Assembly (NCBI GenBank): GCA_964016885.1
Contig: OZ024741.1
Location: forward strand, 149,358,001 to 149,422,000
Length of the DNA stretch: 64,000 nt
Direction: 5' to 3'
From: Eledone cirrhosa
Taxonomy: Eukaryota
Part shown: positions 12,932 to 26,300 of the stretch, piece by piece
Position numbering within the stretch: position 1 is the first letter of the stretch
Layout: every line of letters starts with the position of its first letter
Notes under the pieces: model-generated
Told to the model about the DNA's origin: nothing
Seen by the model: the letters and a program-made list of their open reading frames with translations, nothing else
Databases searched by the model: none
Translations under genes and position numbers: made by a program

Positions 12932-12943
12932 GGAGGAGGGTAT
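12932..12943 (+). promoter_or_regulatory. Polypurine tract GGAGGAGGG
   Basis: Immediately precedes the TGT of the 3' LTR. Confidence 0.85.
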
Positions 12944-13619
12944 TGTAGTGACCCCTTGGGTGGAGAAGGGGAGTTAATGAGAATTACGTCCCATGGAGAC
13001 TATAAATTGAGAAACTGAAAGTACCCGCTCTCTTACAAACCTAGCCATCCAGGAGTTAAGATGTAATTTTGCCTTCTCCCACTTTTCATTTTTACCACAC
13101 CATGTGGAGTGAACATATTAAGAGCAACTCTCTCTCAGGCGACTTCAACTTCGGAACAGAAAACCAATAACACCATATGGAGACTAACTCTTTCTCTCAC
13201 CTCGTCACCAATTCTACAACTAATAATTGTTTCTACTTTAGGCACAAGGCCAGCAAATACCCAGTGTATTACTGGTACTTTATTTTATCGACCCCGTAAG
13301 GATGAAAGGCAAAGTCAACCTCGGCAGGATTTGAACTCAGAATGGCAAGGGCCGTAACTCTATGCGTCAAAGCATGGTCTCTGACCCTCTACCGATACTG
13401 CCAATGCACCGCTAATAATACCAATTATACATATTATATTATTTCAAAAGGTATGTCTTATTTCCAAGTTGTAACACGCACTCATAACAATAAAGATGAG
13501 ACAATTATAGACACTCGTGTGAGATATTTCAGCATGTTTCATTTAATTACTTTATTCCTAAATTGATGACCAAATAACGTAAACACTAAATAAAATAACG
13601 AGCTTTCATACCCGTTAAA
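12944..13619 (+). repeat. 3' LTR interrupted by a SINE
   Basis: Matches 7998-8478 on both sides of a 184-bp insert. Confidence 0.93.
13228..13411 (-). mobile_element. tRNA-derived SINE (family 1) inserted in the 3' LTR
   Basis: CTAATAAT TSD at 13220-13227 and 13412-13419, present once in the 5' LTR; Pol III A/B boxes on the minus strand; near-identical to 5410-5592 and 54898-55085. Confidence 0.92.
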
Positions 13620-13971
13620 AATGTATTAACGATATCTGCAGCAATTGGGAGGAGAGAGAATTCCAGAGTGGGGAGGGGGTGAGGCTATAGCTCAGGGGAG
13701 AAAGGACTTGTTTAAGTGTTTAGAACAAGATATAGAGGAGTGTAATGGAGATGGTGTGCAATGAGCTGGTAGCTAGCTGTGCGGAACAGAAACTATTGTT
13801 GTAGTGCTAGATAAAACAAGAGAGAGGACATCCCATCTGTGAGTCAATAAAGTACCTGTCAAGTAAGGACGTTCATTCTTCTTTCTTCCTCTTTCACTCT
13901 CACTCCCTTTCTTTCTCTTTCCCTCCTTCTTTTTCTCTCTGTCTGTTGATGTCTTTCACCCTCTCTCTCAG

Positions 13972-14095
13972 AATCAGCTACACTGAGCCAGGAGAAGTGT
14001 CAAGGGAGACCACTTACAGAGTCCCTTTTTTCAGAAAGGGAAACAAATTGAACAATGGAATAACAAATTTTCTCATAGAATACTCCTATTTCTAG
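13972..14095 (+). CDS. Probable terminal coding exon of chitinase gene A ((G)ISYTEPGEVSRETTYRVPFFRKGNKLNNGITNFLIEYSYF*)
   Basis: ~95-nt pyrimidine tract ending ctctcag; phase matches the 6659 donor; start GISYTEPGEV resembles gene B linker GISSPPGEV. Confidence 0.6.
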
Positions 14096-14394
14096 CAAAT
14101 CAAGCAACCATGTAGAGGCTCTGTCGTTGGTATCAGCCAAGGGTTGTGGTGTATAGCTGGCTGACACTTTGCAAATCAGTTAACCCATTAGCATTTACAT
14201 TACTCTATATTTATTATTATATTTTCATGGTAAAGGCTTTACCTCACATAATATTGAATCTATGAGATTTTGATATTATTTATTTTGAGAACAATACCTT
14301 AACATCAGTATGATTGACCGGTTACAGATGGTTTGAAAAGAAAGAGGTGAGAGAATTCTGGCCAGATATGGCCAGTTGAAATGCTTTGGTTTTT

Positions 14395-17300
14395 TGTGGA
14401 GAGGGACCATAATGTTAGTATAATGGCTTGTGAGGGGGAGGAGGTCTATGATGTTAGTGTGTGTAACAGCTTGTGTGGGGGTGGGTCTATGATGTTAGTG
14501 TGTGTAACAGTTTGTGTGGGGGTGGGTCTATGATGTTAGTGTGTGTAACAGTTTGTGTGGGTGGGTCTAAGATGTTAGTGTGTGTAACAGTTTGTGTGGG
14601 TGGGTCTAAGATGTTAGTGAGTGTAACAGTTTGTGTGGGGGAGGAGGTCTATGATGTTAGTGTGTGTAACAGTTTGTGTGGGGGTGGGTCTATGATGTTA
14701 GTGTGTGTAACAGTTTGTGTGGGGGTGGATCTATGATATTAGTTGTGTAACAGTTTGTGTGTGGGTGGGTCTATGATGTTAGTTTGTGTAACAGTTTGTG
14801 TGGGTGGGTCTATGATGTTAGTTTGTGTAACAGTTTGTGTGGGGGTGGGTCTATGATGTTAGTTTGTGTAACAGTTTGTGTGGGTGGTTCTATGATTTTA
14901 GTGTGTGTAACAGTGTGTGGGTGGGTCTAAGATGTTAGTGTGTGTAACAGTTTGTGTGGGTGGGTCTATGATGTTAGTTTGTGTGGGGGAGGGTCTATGA
15001 TTTTAGTGTGTGTAACAGTGTGTGGGTGGGTCTAAGATGTTAGTGTGTGTAACAGTTTGTGTGGGTGGGTCTATGATGTTAGTTTGTGTAACAGTTTGTG
15101 TGGGGGTGGGTCTATGATGTTAGTTTGTGTAACAGTTTGTGTGGGTGGGTTTATGATGTTAGTTTGTGTAACAGCTTGTGTGGGGGTGGGTCTATGATGT
15201 TAGTATGTGTAACAGTTTGTGTGGGGGTGGGTCTATGATGTTAGTTTATGTAACAGGTTGTGAGGGGGAGGAGGTCTATGATGTTAGTGAGTGTAACAGT
15301 TTGTGTGGGGGAGGAGGTCTATGATGTTAGTGTGTGTAACAGTTTGTGTGGGGGTGGATCTATGATTTTAGTGTGTGTAACAGTTTGTGTGGGGGTGGGT
15401 CTATGATATTAGTTGTGTAACAGTTTGTGTGGCGGTGGGTCTATGATGTTAGATTATGTAACAGTTTGTGTGGGGGAGGGTCTATGATGTTAGTTTGTGT
15501 AACAGTTTGTGTGGGGGCGGGTCTATGATATTAGTTTGTGTAACAGTTTGTGTGGGGTGGGTCTATGATGTTAGATTGTGTAACAGTTTGTGTGGGGGAG
15601 GGTCTATGATGTTAGTGTGTGTAACAGTTTGTGTGGGGTGGGTCTATGATGTTAGTTTGTGTAACAGTTTGTGTGGGGGTGGGTCTATGATATTAGTTGT
15701 GTAACAGTTTGTGTGGGGGTGGGTCTATGATGTTAGTATGTGTAACAGTTTGTGTGGGGGTGGGTCTATGATGTTACTTTGTGTAACAGTTTGTGAGGGG
15801 GTGGAGGTCTATGATGTTAGTTTGTGTAACAGTTTGTGTGGGGGAGGGTCTATGATGTTAGTTTGTGTGGGTGGGTCTATGATGTTAGTTTGTGTAACAG
15901 GTTGTGAGGGGGAGGAGGTCTATGATGTTAGTTTGTGTAACAGTTTGTGTGGGTGGGTCTATGATGTTAGTTTGTGTAACAGGTTGTGAGGGGGAGGAGG
16001 TCTATGATGTTAGTTTGTGTAACAGTTTGTGTGGGTGGGTCTATGATGTTAGTTTGTGTAACAGTTTGTGTGGGGGAGGGTCTATGATGTTAGTTTGTGT
16101 GGGTGGGTCTATGATGTTAGTTTGTGTAACAGGTTGTGAGGGGGAGGGTCTATGATGTTAGTTTGTGTAACAGTTTGTGTGGGTGGGTCTATGATGTTAG
16201 TTTGTGTAACAGTTTGTGTGGGGGTGGGTCTATGATGTTAGTTTGTGTAACAGGTTGTGAGGGGGAGGGTCTATGATGTTAGTTTGTGTAACAGTTTGTG
16301 AGGGGGTGGGTCTATGATGTTAGTTTGTGTAACAGTTTGTGAAGGGGAGGAGGTCTATGATGTTAGTGTGTGTAACAGTTTGTGTGGGTGGGTCTATGAT
16401 GTTAGTTTGTGTAAGTTTGTGTGGGAGTGGGTCTATGATGTTAGTGTGTGTAACAGGTTGTGAGAGGGGAGGAGGTCTATGATGTTAGTGTGTGTAACAG
16501 TTTGTGAGGGTGTGGGTCTATGATGTTAGTTTGTGTAACAGTTTGTGTGGGGGTGGGTCTATGATGTTAGTGTGTGTAACAGTTTGTGAGGGTGTGGGTC
16601 TATGATGTTAGTTTGTGTAACAGTTTGTGTGGGGGTGGGTCTATGATGTTAGTGTGTGTAACAGGTTGTGAGAGGGGAGGAGGTCTATGATGTTAATGTG
16701 TGTAACAGTTTGTGAAGGGGAGGAGGTCTATGATGTTAGTGTGTGTAACAGCTTGTGTGGGGGAGGGTCTATGATGTTACTTTGTGTAACAGTTTGTGTG
16801 GGTGGGTCTATGATGTTAGTGTGTGTAACAGTTTGTGAGGGGGAGGAGGTCTATGATATTAGTGTGTGTAACAGTTTGTGAGGGGGAGGAGGTCTATGAT
16901 GTTAGTGTGTGTAACAGTTTGTGAGGGGGAGGAGGTCTATGATGTTAGTGTGTGTAACAGTTTGTGAGGGGGAGGAGGTCTATGATATTAGTGTGTGTAA
17001 CAGTTTGTGTGGGGGAGGAGGTCTATGATGTTAGTGTGTGTAACAGTTTGTGAGGGGGGGGGGTCTATGATATTAGTGTGTGTAACAGTTTGTGTGGGGG
17101 AGGAGGTCTATAATGTTAGTTTGTGTAACAGTTTGTGAGGGGGAGGAGGTCTATGATGTTACTGTGTGTAACAGTTTGTGAGGGGGAGGAGGTCTATGAT
17201 GTTAGTGTGTGTAACAGTTTGTGAGGGGGAGGAGGTCTATGATGTTAGTGTGTGTAACAGTTTGTGTGGGTGGGTCTTTGATGTTAGTGTGTGTAACAGT

Positions 17301-20300
17301 TTGTGTGGGTGGGTCTATGATGTTAGTGTGTGTAACAGTTTGTGTGGGTGGGTCTATGATGTTAGTGTGTGTAACAGTTTGTGTGGGTGGGTCTATGATG
17401 TTAGTGTGTGTAACAGTTTGTGTGGGTGGGTCTATGATGTTAGTGTGTGTAACAGTTTGTGTGGGGGAGGAGGTCTATGATGTTAGTGTGTGTAACTGTT
17501 TGTGTGGGGTGGGTCTATGATGTTAGTTTGTGTAACAGTTTGTGTGGGGTGGGTCTATGATGTTAGTTTGTGTAACAGTTTGTGTGGGGTGGGTCTATGA
17601 TGTTAGTTTGTGTAACAGTTTGTGTGGGGTGGGTCTATGATGTTAGTTTGTGTAACAGTTTATGTGGGGTGGGTCTATGACGTTAGTTTGTGTAACAGTT
17701 TGTGTGGGGTGGGTCTATGATGTTAGTGTGTGTAACAGTTTGTGTGGGGTGGGTCTATGATGTTAGTTTGTGTAACAGTTTGTCTGGGGTGGGTCTATGA
17801 TGTTAGTGTGTGTAACAGTTTGTGTGGGGTGGGTCTGTGATGTTACTTTGTGTAACAGTTTGTGTGGGGTGGGTCTATGATGTTAGTGTGTGTAACAGTT
17901 TGTGTGGGGTGGGTCTATGATGTTAGTTTGTGTAACAGCTTGTGTGGGTTGCGTGTATGATGTTAGTTTGTGTAACAGTTTGTGTGGGGTGGGTCTATGA
18001 TGTTAGTTTGAGTAACAATTTGTGTGGGGTGGGTCTATGATGTTAGTGTGTGTAACAGTTTGTGTGGGGTGGGTCTATGATGTTAGTTTGTGTAACAGTT
18101 TGTGTGGGGTGGGTCTATGATGTTAGTGTGTGTAACAGTTTGTGTGGGGTGGGTCTGTGATGTTACTTTGTGTAACAGTTTGTGTGGGGTGGGTCTATGA
18201 TGTTAGTGTGTGTAACAGTTTGTGTGGAGTGGGTCTATGATGTTAGTTTGTGTAAGTTTGTGTGGGGTGGGTCTATGATGTTAGTGTGTGTAACAGTTTG
18301 TGTGGGGTGGGTCTATGATGTTAGTTTGTGTAGCAGTTTGTGTGGGGTGGGTCTATGATGTTAGTGTGTGTAACAGTTTGTGTGGGGTGGGTCTATGATG
18401 TTAGTTTGTGTGGGGGTGGGTCTATGATGTTAGTGTGTGTAATAGTTTGTGTGGGGGGGGTCTGTGATGTTACTTTGTGTAACAGTTTGTGTGGGGTGGG
18501 TCTATGATGTTAGTTTGTGTAACAGTTTGTGTGGGGTGGGTCTATGATGTTAGTGTGTGTAACAGTTTGTGTGGGGGTGGGTCTATGATGTTAGTTTGTG
18601 TGGGGGTGGGTCTATGATGTTAGTTTGTGTAAGTTTGTGTGGGGTGGGTCTATGATGTTAGTTTGTGTAACAGTTTGTGTGGGGTGGGTCTATGATGTTA
18701 GTTTGTGTAACAGTTTGTGTGGGGTGGGTCTATGATGTTAGTGTGTGTAACAGTTTGTGTGGGGGTGGGTCTATGATGTTAGTGTGTGTAACAGTTTGTG
18801 TGGGGGTGGATCTATGATATTAGTTGTGTAACAGTTTGTGTGGGGGTGGGTCTATGATGTTAGTTTGTGTGGGGGAGGGTCTATGATGTTAGTTTGTGTA
18901 ACAGTTTGTGTGGGTGGGTCTATGATGTTAGTTTGTGTAACAGGTTGTGAGGGGGAGGAGGTCTATGATGTTAGTTTGTGTAACAGTTTGTGTGGGGGTT
19001 GGTCTATGATGTTAGTGTGTGTAACAGTTTGTGTGGGGGAGGAGGTCTATGATGTTAGTGTGTGTAACAGTTTGTGTGGGTGGGTCTAAGATGTTAGTGT
19101 GTGTAACAGTTTGTGTGGGTGGGTCTAAGATGTTAGTGAGTGTAACAGTTTGTGTGGGGGAGGAGGTCTATGATGTTAGTGTGTGTAACAGTTTGTGTGG
19201 GGGTGGGTCTATGATGTTAGTGTGTGTAACAGTTTGTGTGGGGGTGGATCTATGATATTAGTTGTGTAACAGTTTGTGTGTGGGTGGGTCTATGATGTTA
19301 GTTTGTGTAACAGTTTGTGTGGGTGGGTCTATGATGTTAGTTTGTGTAACAGTTTGTGTGGGGGTGGGTCTATGATGTTAGTTTGTGTAACAGTTTGTGT
19401 GGGTGGTTCTATGATTTTAGTGTGTGTAACAGTGTGTGGGTGGGTCTAAGATGTTAGTGTGTGTAACAGTTTGTGTGGGTGGGTCTATGATGTTAGTTTG
19501 TGTAACAGTTTGTGTGGGGGAGGGTCTATGATTTTAGTGTGTGTAACAGTGTGTGGGTGGGTCTAAGATGTTAGTGTGTGTAACAGTTTGTGTGGGTGGG
19601 TCTATGATGTTAGTTTGTGTAACAGTTTGTGTGGGGGTGGGTCTATGATGTTAGTTTGTGTAACAGTTTGTGTGGGTGGGTTTATGATGTTAGTTTGTGT
19701 AACAGCTTGTGTGGGGGTGGGTCTATGATGTTAGTATGTGTAACAGTTTGTGTGGGGGTGGGTCTATGATGTTAGTTTATGTAACAGGTTGTGAGGGGGA
19801 GGAGGTCTATGATGTTAGTGAGTGTAACAGTTTGTGTGGGGGAGGAGGTCTATGATGTTAGTGTGTGTAACAGTTTGTGTGGGGGTGGATCTATGATTTT
19901 AGTGTGTGTAACAGTTTGTGTGGGGGTGTGTCTATGATATTAGTTGTGTAACAGTTTGTGTGGCGGTGGGTCTATGATGTTAGATTATGTAACAGTTTGT
20001 GTGGGGGAGGGTCTATGATGTTAGTTTGTGTAACAGTTTGTGTGGGGTGGGTCTATGATGTTAGATTGTGTAACAGTTTGTGTGGGGGAGGGTCTATGAT
20101 GTTAGTGTGTGTAACAGTTTGTGTGGGGTGGGTCTATGATGTTAGTTTGTGTAACAGTTTGTGTGGGGGTGGGTCTATGATATTAGTTGTGTAACAGTTT
20201 GTGTGGGGGTGGGTCTATGATGTTAGTATGTGTAACAGTTTGTGTGGGGGTGGGTCTATGATGTTACTTTGTGTAACAGTTTGTGAGGGGGTGGAGGTCT

Positions 20301-23300
20301 ATGATGTTAGTGTGTGTAACAGTTTGTGTGGGGGAGGGTCTATGATGTTAGTTTGTGTGGGTGGGTCTATGATGTTAGTTTGTGTAACAGGTTGTGAGGG
20401 GGAGGAGGTCTATGATGTTAGTTTGTGTAACAGTTTGTGTGGGGGAGGGTCTATGATGTTAGTTTGTGTGGGTGGGTCTATGATGTTAGTTTGTGTAACA
20501 GGTTGTGAGGGTGTGGGTCTATGATGTTAGTTTGTGTGGGGGTGGGTCTATGATGTTAGTGTGTGTAACAGGTTATGAGAGGGGAGGAGGTCTATGATGT
20601 TAGTGTGTGTAACAGTTTGTGAAGGGGAGGAGGTCTATGATGTTAGTGTGTGTAACAGCTTGTGTGGGGGAGGGTCTATGATGTTACTTTGTGTAACAGT
20701 TTGTGTGGGTGGGTCTATGATGTTAGTGTGTGTAACAGTTTGTGAGGGGGAGGAGGTCTATGATGTTAGTGTGTGTAACAGTTTGTGAGGGGGAGGAGGT
20801 CTATGATATTAGTGTGTGTAACAGTTTGTGTGGGGGAGGAGGTCTATGATGTTAGTGTGTGTAACAGTTTGTGAGGGGGGGTCTATGATATTAGTGTGTG
20901 TAACAGTTTGTGTGGGGGAGGAGGTCTATGATGTTAGTTTGTGTAACACTTTGTGAGGGGGAGGAGGTCTATGATGTTACTGTGTGTAACAGTTTGTGAG
21001 GGGGAGGAGGTCTATGATGTTAGTGTGTGTAACAGTTTGTGAGGGGGAGGAGGTCTATGATGTTAGTGTGTGTAACAGTTTGTGGGGGTGGGTCTTTGAT
21101 GTTAGTGTGTGTAACAGTTTGTGTGGGTGGGTCTATGATGTTAGTGTGTGTAACAGTTTGTGTGGGTGGGTCTATGATGTTAGTGTGTGTAACAGTTTGT
21201 GTGGGTGGGTCTATGATGTTAGTGTGTGTAACAGTTTGTGTGGGTGGGTCTATGATGTTAGTGTGTGTAACAGTTTGTGTGGGGGAGGAGGTCTATGATG
21301 TTAGTGTGTGTAACTGTTTGTGTGGGGTGGGTCTATGATGTTAGTTTGTGTAACAGTTTGTGTGGGGTGGGTCTATGATGTTAGTTTGTGTAAAAGTTTG
21401 TGTGGGGTGGGTCTATGATGTTAGTTTGTGTAACAGTTTGTGTGGGGTGGGTCTATGATGTTAGTTTGTGTAACAGTTTATGTGGGGTGGGTCTATGACG
21501 TTAGTTTGTGTAACAGTTTGTGTGGGGTGGGTCTATGATGTTAGTGTGTGTAACAGTTTGTGTGGGGTGGGTCTATGATGTTAGTTTGTGTAACAGTTTG
21601 TTTGGGGTGGGTCTATGATGTTAGTGTGTGTAACAGTTTGTGTGGGGTGGGTCTGTGATGTTACTTTGTGTAACAGTTTGTGTGGGGTGGGTCTATGATG
21701 TTAGTGTGTGTAACAGTTTGTGTGGGGTGGGTCTATGATGTTAGTTTGTGTAACAGCTTGTGTGGGTTGCGTGTATGATGTTAGTTTGTGTAACAGTTTG
21801 TGTGGGGTGGGTCTATGATGTTAGTTTGAGTAACAATTTGTGTGGGGTGGGTCTATGATGTTAGTGTGTGTAACAGTTTGTGTGGGGTGGGTCTATGATG
21901 TTAGTTTGTGTAACAGTTTGTGTGGGGTGGGTCTATGATGTTAGTGTGTGTAACAGTTTGTGTGGGGTGGGTCTGTGATGTTACTTTGTGTAACAGTTTG
22001 TGTGGGGTGGGTCTATGATGTTAGTGTGTGTAACAGTTTGTGTGGAGTGGGTCTATGATGTTAGTTTGTGTAAGTTTGTGTGGGGTGGGTCTATGATGTT
22101 AGTGTGTGTAACAGTTTGTGTGGGGTGGGTCTATGATGTTAGTTTGTGTAGCAGTTTGTGTGGGGTGGGTCTATGATGTTAGTGTGTGTAACAGTTTGTG
22201 TGGGGTGGGTCTATGATGTTAGTTTGTGTGGGGGTGGGTCTATGATGTTAGTGTGTGTAATAGTTTGTGTGGGGTGGGTCTGTGATGTTACTTTGTGTAA
22301 CAGTTTGTGTGGGGTGGGTCTATGATGTTAGTTTGTGTAACAGTTTGTGTGGGGTGGGTCTATGATGTTAGTGTGTGTAACAGTTTGTGTGGGGGTGGGT
22401 CTATGATGTTAGTTTGTGTGGGGGTGGGTCTATGATGTTAGTTTGTGTAAGTTTGTGTGGGGTGGGTCTATGATGTTAGTTTGTGTAACAGTTTGTGTGG
22501 GGTGGGTCTATGATGTTAGTTTGTGTAACAGTTTGTGTGGGGTGGGTCTATGATGTTAGTGTGTGTAACAGTTTGTGTGGGGGTGGGTCTATGATGTTAG
22601 TGTGTGTAACAGTTTGTGTGGGGGTGGATCTATGATATTAGTTGTGTAACAGTTTGTGTGGGGGTGGGTCTATGATGTTAGTTTGTGTGGGGGAGGGTCT
22701 ATGATGTTAGTTTGTGTAACAGTTTGTGTGGGTGGGTCTATGATGTTAGTTTGTGTAACAGGTTGTGAGGGGGAGGAGGTCTATGATGTTAGTTTGTGTA
22801 ACAGTTTGTGTGGGGGTTGGTCTATGATGTTAGTGTGTGTAACAGTTTGTGTGGGGGAGGAGGTCTATGATGTTAGTGTGTGTAACAGTTTGTGAGGGGG
22901 AGGAGGTCTATGATGTTAGTGTGTGTAACAGCTTGTGTGGGGGTGGGTCTATGATGTTAGTGTGTGTAACAGTTTGTGTGGGGGTGGGTCTATGATGTTA
23001 GTGTGTGTAACAGTTTGTGTGGGTGGGTCTAAGATGTTAGTGAGTGTAACAGTTTGTGTGGGGGAGGAGGTCTATGATGTTAGTGTGTGTAACAGTTTGT
23101 GTGGGGGTGGATCTATGATATTAGTTGTGTAACAGTGTGTGGGTGGGTCTAAGATGTTAGTGTGTGTAACAGTTTGTGTGGGTGGGTCTAAGATGTTAGT
23201 GAGTGTAACAGTTTGTGTGGGGGAGGAGGTCTATGATGTTAGTGTGTGTAACAGTTTGTGTGGGGGTGGATCTATGATATTAGTTGTGTAACAGTGTGTG

Positions 23301-26300
23301 GGTGGGTCTAAGATGTTAGTGTGTGTAACAGTTTGTGTGGGGGTGGGTCTATGATTTTAGTGTGTGTAACAGTGTGTGGGTGGGTCTATGATGTTAGTGT
23401 GTGTAACAGTTTGTGTGGGTGGGTCTAAGATGTTAGTTTGTGTAACAGGTTGTGAGGGGGAGGAGGTCTATGATGTTAGTTTGTGTACACAGTTTGTGTG
23501 GGGGAGGGTCTATGATGTTAGTTTGTGTAACAGTTTGTGTGGGGTAGGAGGTCTATGATGTTAGTGTGTGTAACAGTTTGTGTGGGGGTGGGTCTATGAT
23601 GATAGTGTGTGTAACAGTTTGTGTGGGGGTGGATCTATGATATTAGTTGTGTAACAGTTTGTGTGGGGGTGGGTCTATGATGTTAGTTTGTGTAACAGTT
23701 TGTGTGGGTGGGTCTATGATGTTAGTTTGTGTAACAGGTTGTGTGGGGGTGGGTCTATGATGTTAGTTTGTGTAACAGTTTGTGTGGGGGTGGGTCTATG
23801 ATGTTAGTTTGTGTAACAGTTTGTGTGGGTGGGTCTATGATGTTAGTTTGTGTAACAGGTTGTGTGGGGGTGGGTCTATGATGTTAGTTTGTGTAACAGT
23901 TTGTGTGGGTGGGTCTATGATGTTAGTTTGTGTAACAGGTTGTGAGGGGGAGGAGGTCTATGATGTTAGTTTGTGTACACAGTTTGTGTGGGGGAGGGTC
24001 TATGATGTTAGTTTGTGTAACAGTTTGTGTGGGGTAGGAGGTCTATGATGTTAGTGTGTGTAACAGTTTGTGTGGGGGTGGGTCTATGATGTTAGTGTGT
24101 GTAACAGTTTGTGTGGGGGTGGATCTATGATATTAGTTGTGTAACAGTTTGTGTGGGGGTGGGTCTATGATGTTAGTTTGTGTAACAGTTTGTGTGGGTG
24201 GGTCTATGATGTTAGTTTGTGTAACAGGTTGTGTGGGGGTGGGTCTATGATGTTAGTTTGTGTAACAGTTTGTGTGGGGGTGGGTCTATGATGTTAGTTT
24301 GTGTAACAGTTTGTGTGGGTGGGTCTATGATGTTAGTTTGTGTAACAGGTTGTGTGGGGGTGGGTCTATGATGTTAGTTTGTGTAACAGTTTGTGTGGGG
24401 GTGGGTCTATGATGTTACTTTGTGTAACAGTTTGTGTGGGGGAGGGTCTATGATGTTAGTTTGTGTAACAGTTTGTGTGGGTGGGTCTATGATGTTAGTT
24501 TGTGTAACAGGTTGTGAGGTGGAGGAGGTCTATGATGTTAGTTTGTGTAACAGTTTGTGTGGGGGTGGGTCTATGATGTTAGTTTGTGTAACAGTTTGTG
24601 TGGGGGTGGGTCTATGATGTTACTTTGTGTAACAGTTTGTGAGGGGTAGAGGTCTGTGATGTTAGTTTGTGTAAAAGTTTGTGTGGGGGTGGGTCTATGA
24701 TGTTAGTTTGTGTAACAGTTTGTGTGGGGGTGGGTCTATGATGTTAGTGTGTGTAACAGTTTGTGAAGGGGAGGAGGTCTATGATGTTAGTGTGTGTAAC
24801 AGTTTGTGTGGGTGGGTCTATGATGTTAGTTTGTGTAACAGTTTGTGTGGGGGAGGGTCTATGATGTTAGTTTGTGTAACAGTTTGTGTGGGTGGGTCTA
24901 TGATGTTAGTTTGTGTAACAGGTTGTGAGGGGGAGGAGGTCTATGATGTTAGTTTGTGTAACAGTTTGTGTGGGGGTGGGTCTATGATGTTAGTTTGTGT
25001 AACAGTTTGTGTGGGGGTGGGTCTATGATGTTACTTTGTGTAACAGTTTGTGAGGGGGTGGAGGTCTATGATGTTAGTTTGTGTAACAGTTTGTGTGGGG
25101 GTGGGTCTATGATGTTAGTTTGTGTAACAGTTTGTGTGGGGGTGGGTCTATGATGTTAGTGTGTGTAACAGTTTGTGAAGGGGAGGAGGTCTATGATGTT
25201 AGTGTGTGTAACAGTTTGTGTGGGGTGGGTCTATGATGTTAGTGTGTGTAACAGTTTGTGTGGGGTGGGTCTATGATGTTAGTGTATGAAACAGTTTGTG
25301 TGGGTGGGTCTATGATGTTAGTTTGTGTAACAGGTTGTGAGGGGGAGGAGGTCTATGAGGTTAGTTTGTGTAACAGTTTGTGTGGGGGTGGGTCTATGAT
25401 GTTAGTTTGTGTAAGTTTGTGTGGGGGTGGGTCTATGATGTTAGTGTGTGTAACAGGTTGTGAGAGGGGAGGAGGTCTATGATGTTAGTGTGTGTAACAG
25501 TTTGTGAGGGGGTGGGTCTATGATGTTAGTTTGTGTAAGTTTGTGTGGGGGTGGGTCTATGATGTTAGTGTGTGTAACAGGTTGTGAGAGGGGAGGAGGT
25601 CTATGATGTTAGTGTGTGTAACAGTTTGTGAAGGGGAGGAGGTCTATGATGTTAGTGTGTGTAACAGCTTGTGTGGGGGAGGGTCTATGATGTTACTTTG
25701 TGTAACAGTTTGTGTGGGTGGGTCTATGATGTTAGTGTGTGTAACAGTTTGTGAGGGGGAGGAGGTCTATGATGTTAGTGTGTGTAACAGTTTGTGAGGG
25801 GGAGGAGGTCTATGATATTAGTGTGTGTAACAGTTTGTGTGGGGGAGGAGGTCTATGATGTTAGTGTGTGTAACAGTTTGTGAGGGGGGGGGGTCTATGA
25901 TATTAGTGTGTGTAACAGTTTGTGTGGGGGAAGAGGTCTATGATATTAGTTTGTGTAACAGTTTGTGAGGGGGAGGAGGTCTATGATGTTAGTGTGTGTA
26001 ACAGTTTGTGAGGGGGAGGAGGTCTATGATGTTAGTGTGTGTAACAGTTTGTGAGGGTGGGTCTTTGATGTTAGTGTGTGTAACAGTTTGTGTGGGTGGG
26101 TCTATGATGTTAGTGTGTGTAACAGTTTGTATGGGTGGGTCTATGATGTTAGTGTGTGTAACAGTTTGTGTGGGGGAGGAGGTCTATGATGTTAGTGTGT
26201 GTAACTGTTTGTGTGGGGTGGGTCTATGATGTTAGTTTGTGTAACAGTTTGTGTGGGGTGGGTCTATGATGTTAGTTTGTGTAACAGTTTGTGTGGGTTG

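Larger units (their letters stand above)
7998..13619 (+). mobile_element. Full-length, inactivated Ty3/gypsy LTR retrotransposon
   Basis: Paired LTRs, AATG 4-bp TSD (7994-7997, 13620-13623), PBS at 8480, PPT before 12944, gag then PR-RT-RH-IN order. Confidence 0.96.

Noticed and set aside
12583-13018. env-like third ORF in the gypsy element
   Set aside because: Only ~350 bp of T-rich UTR lies between pol and the PPT; the short ORFs have no envelope features
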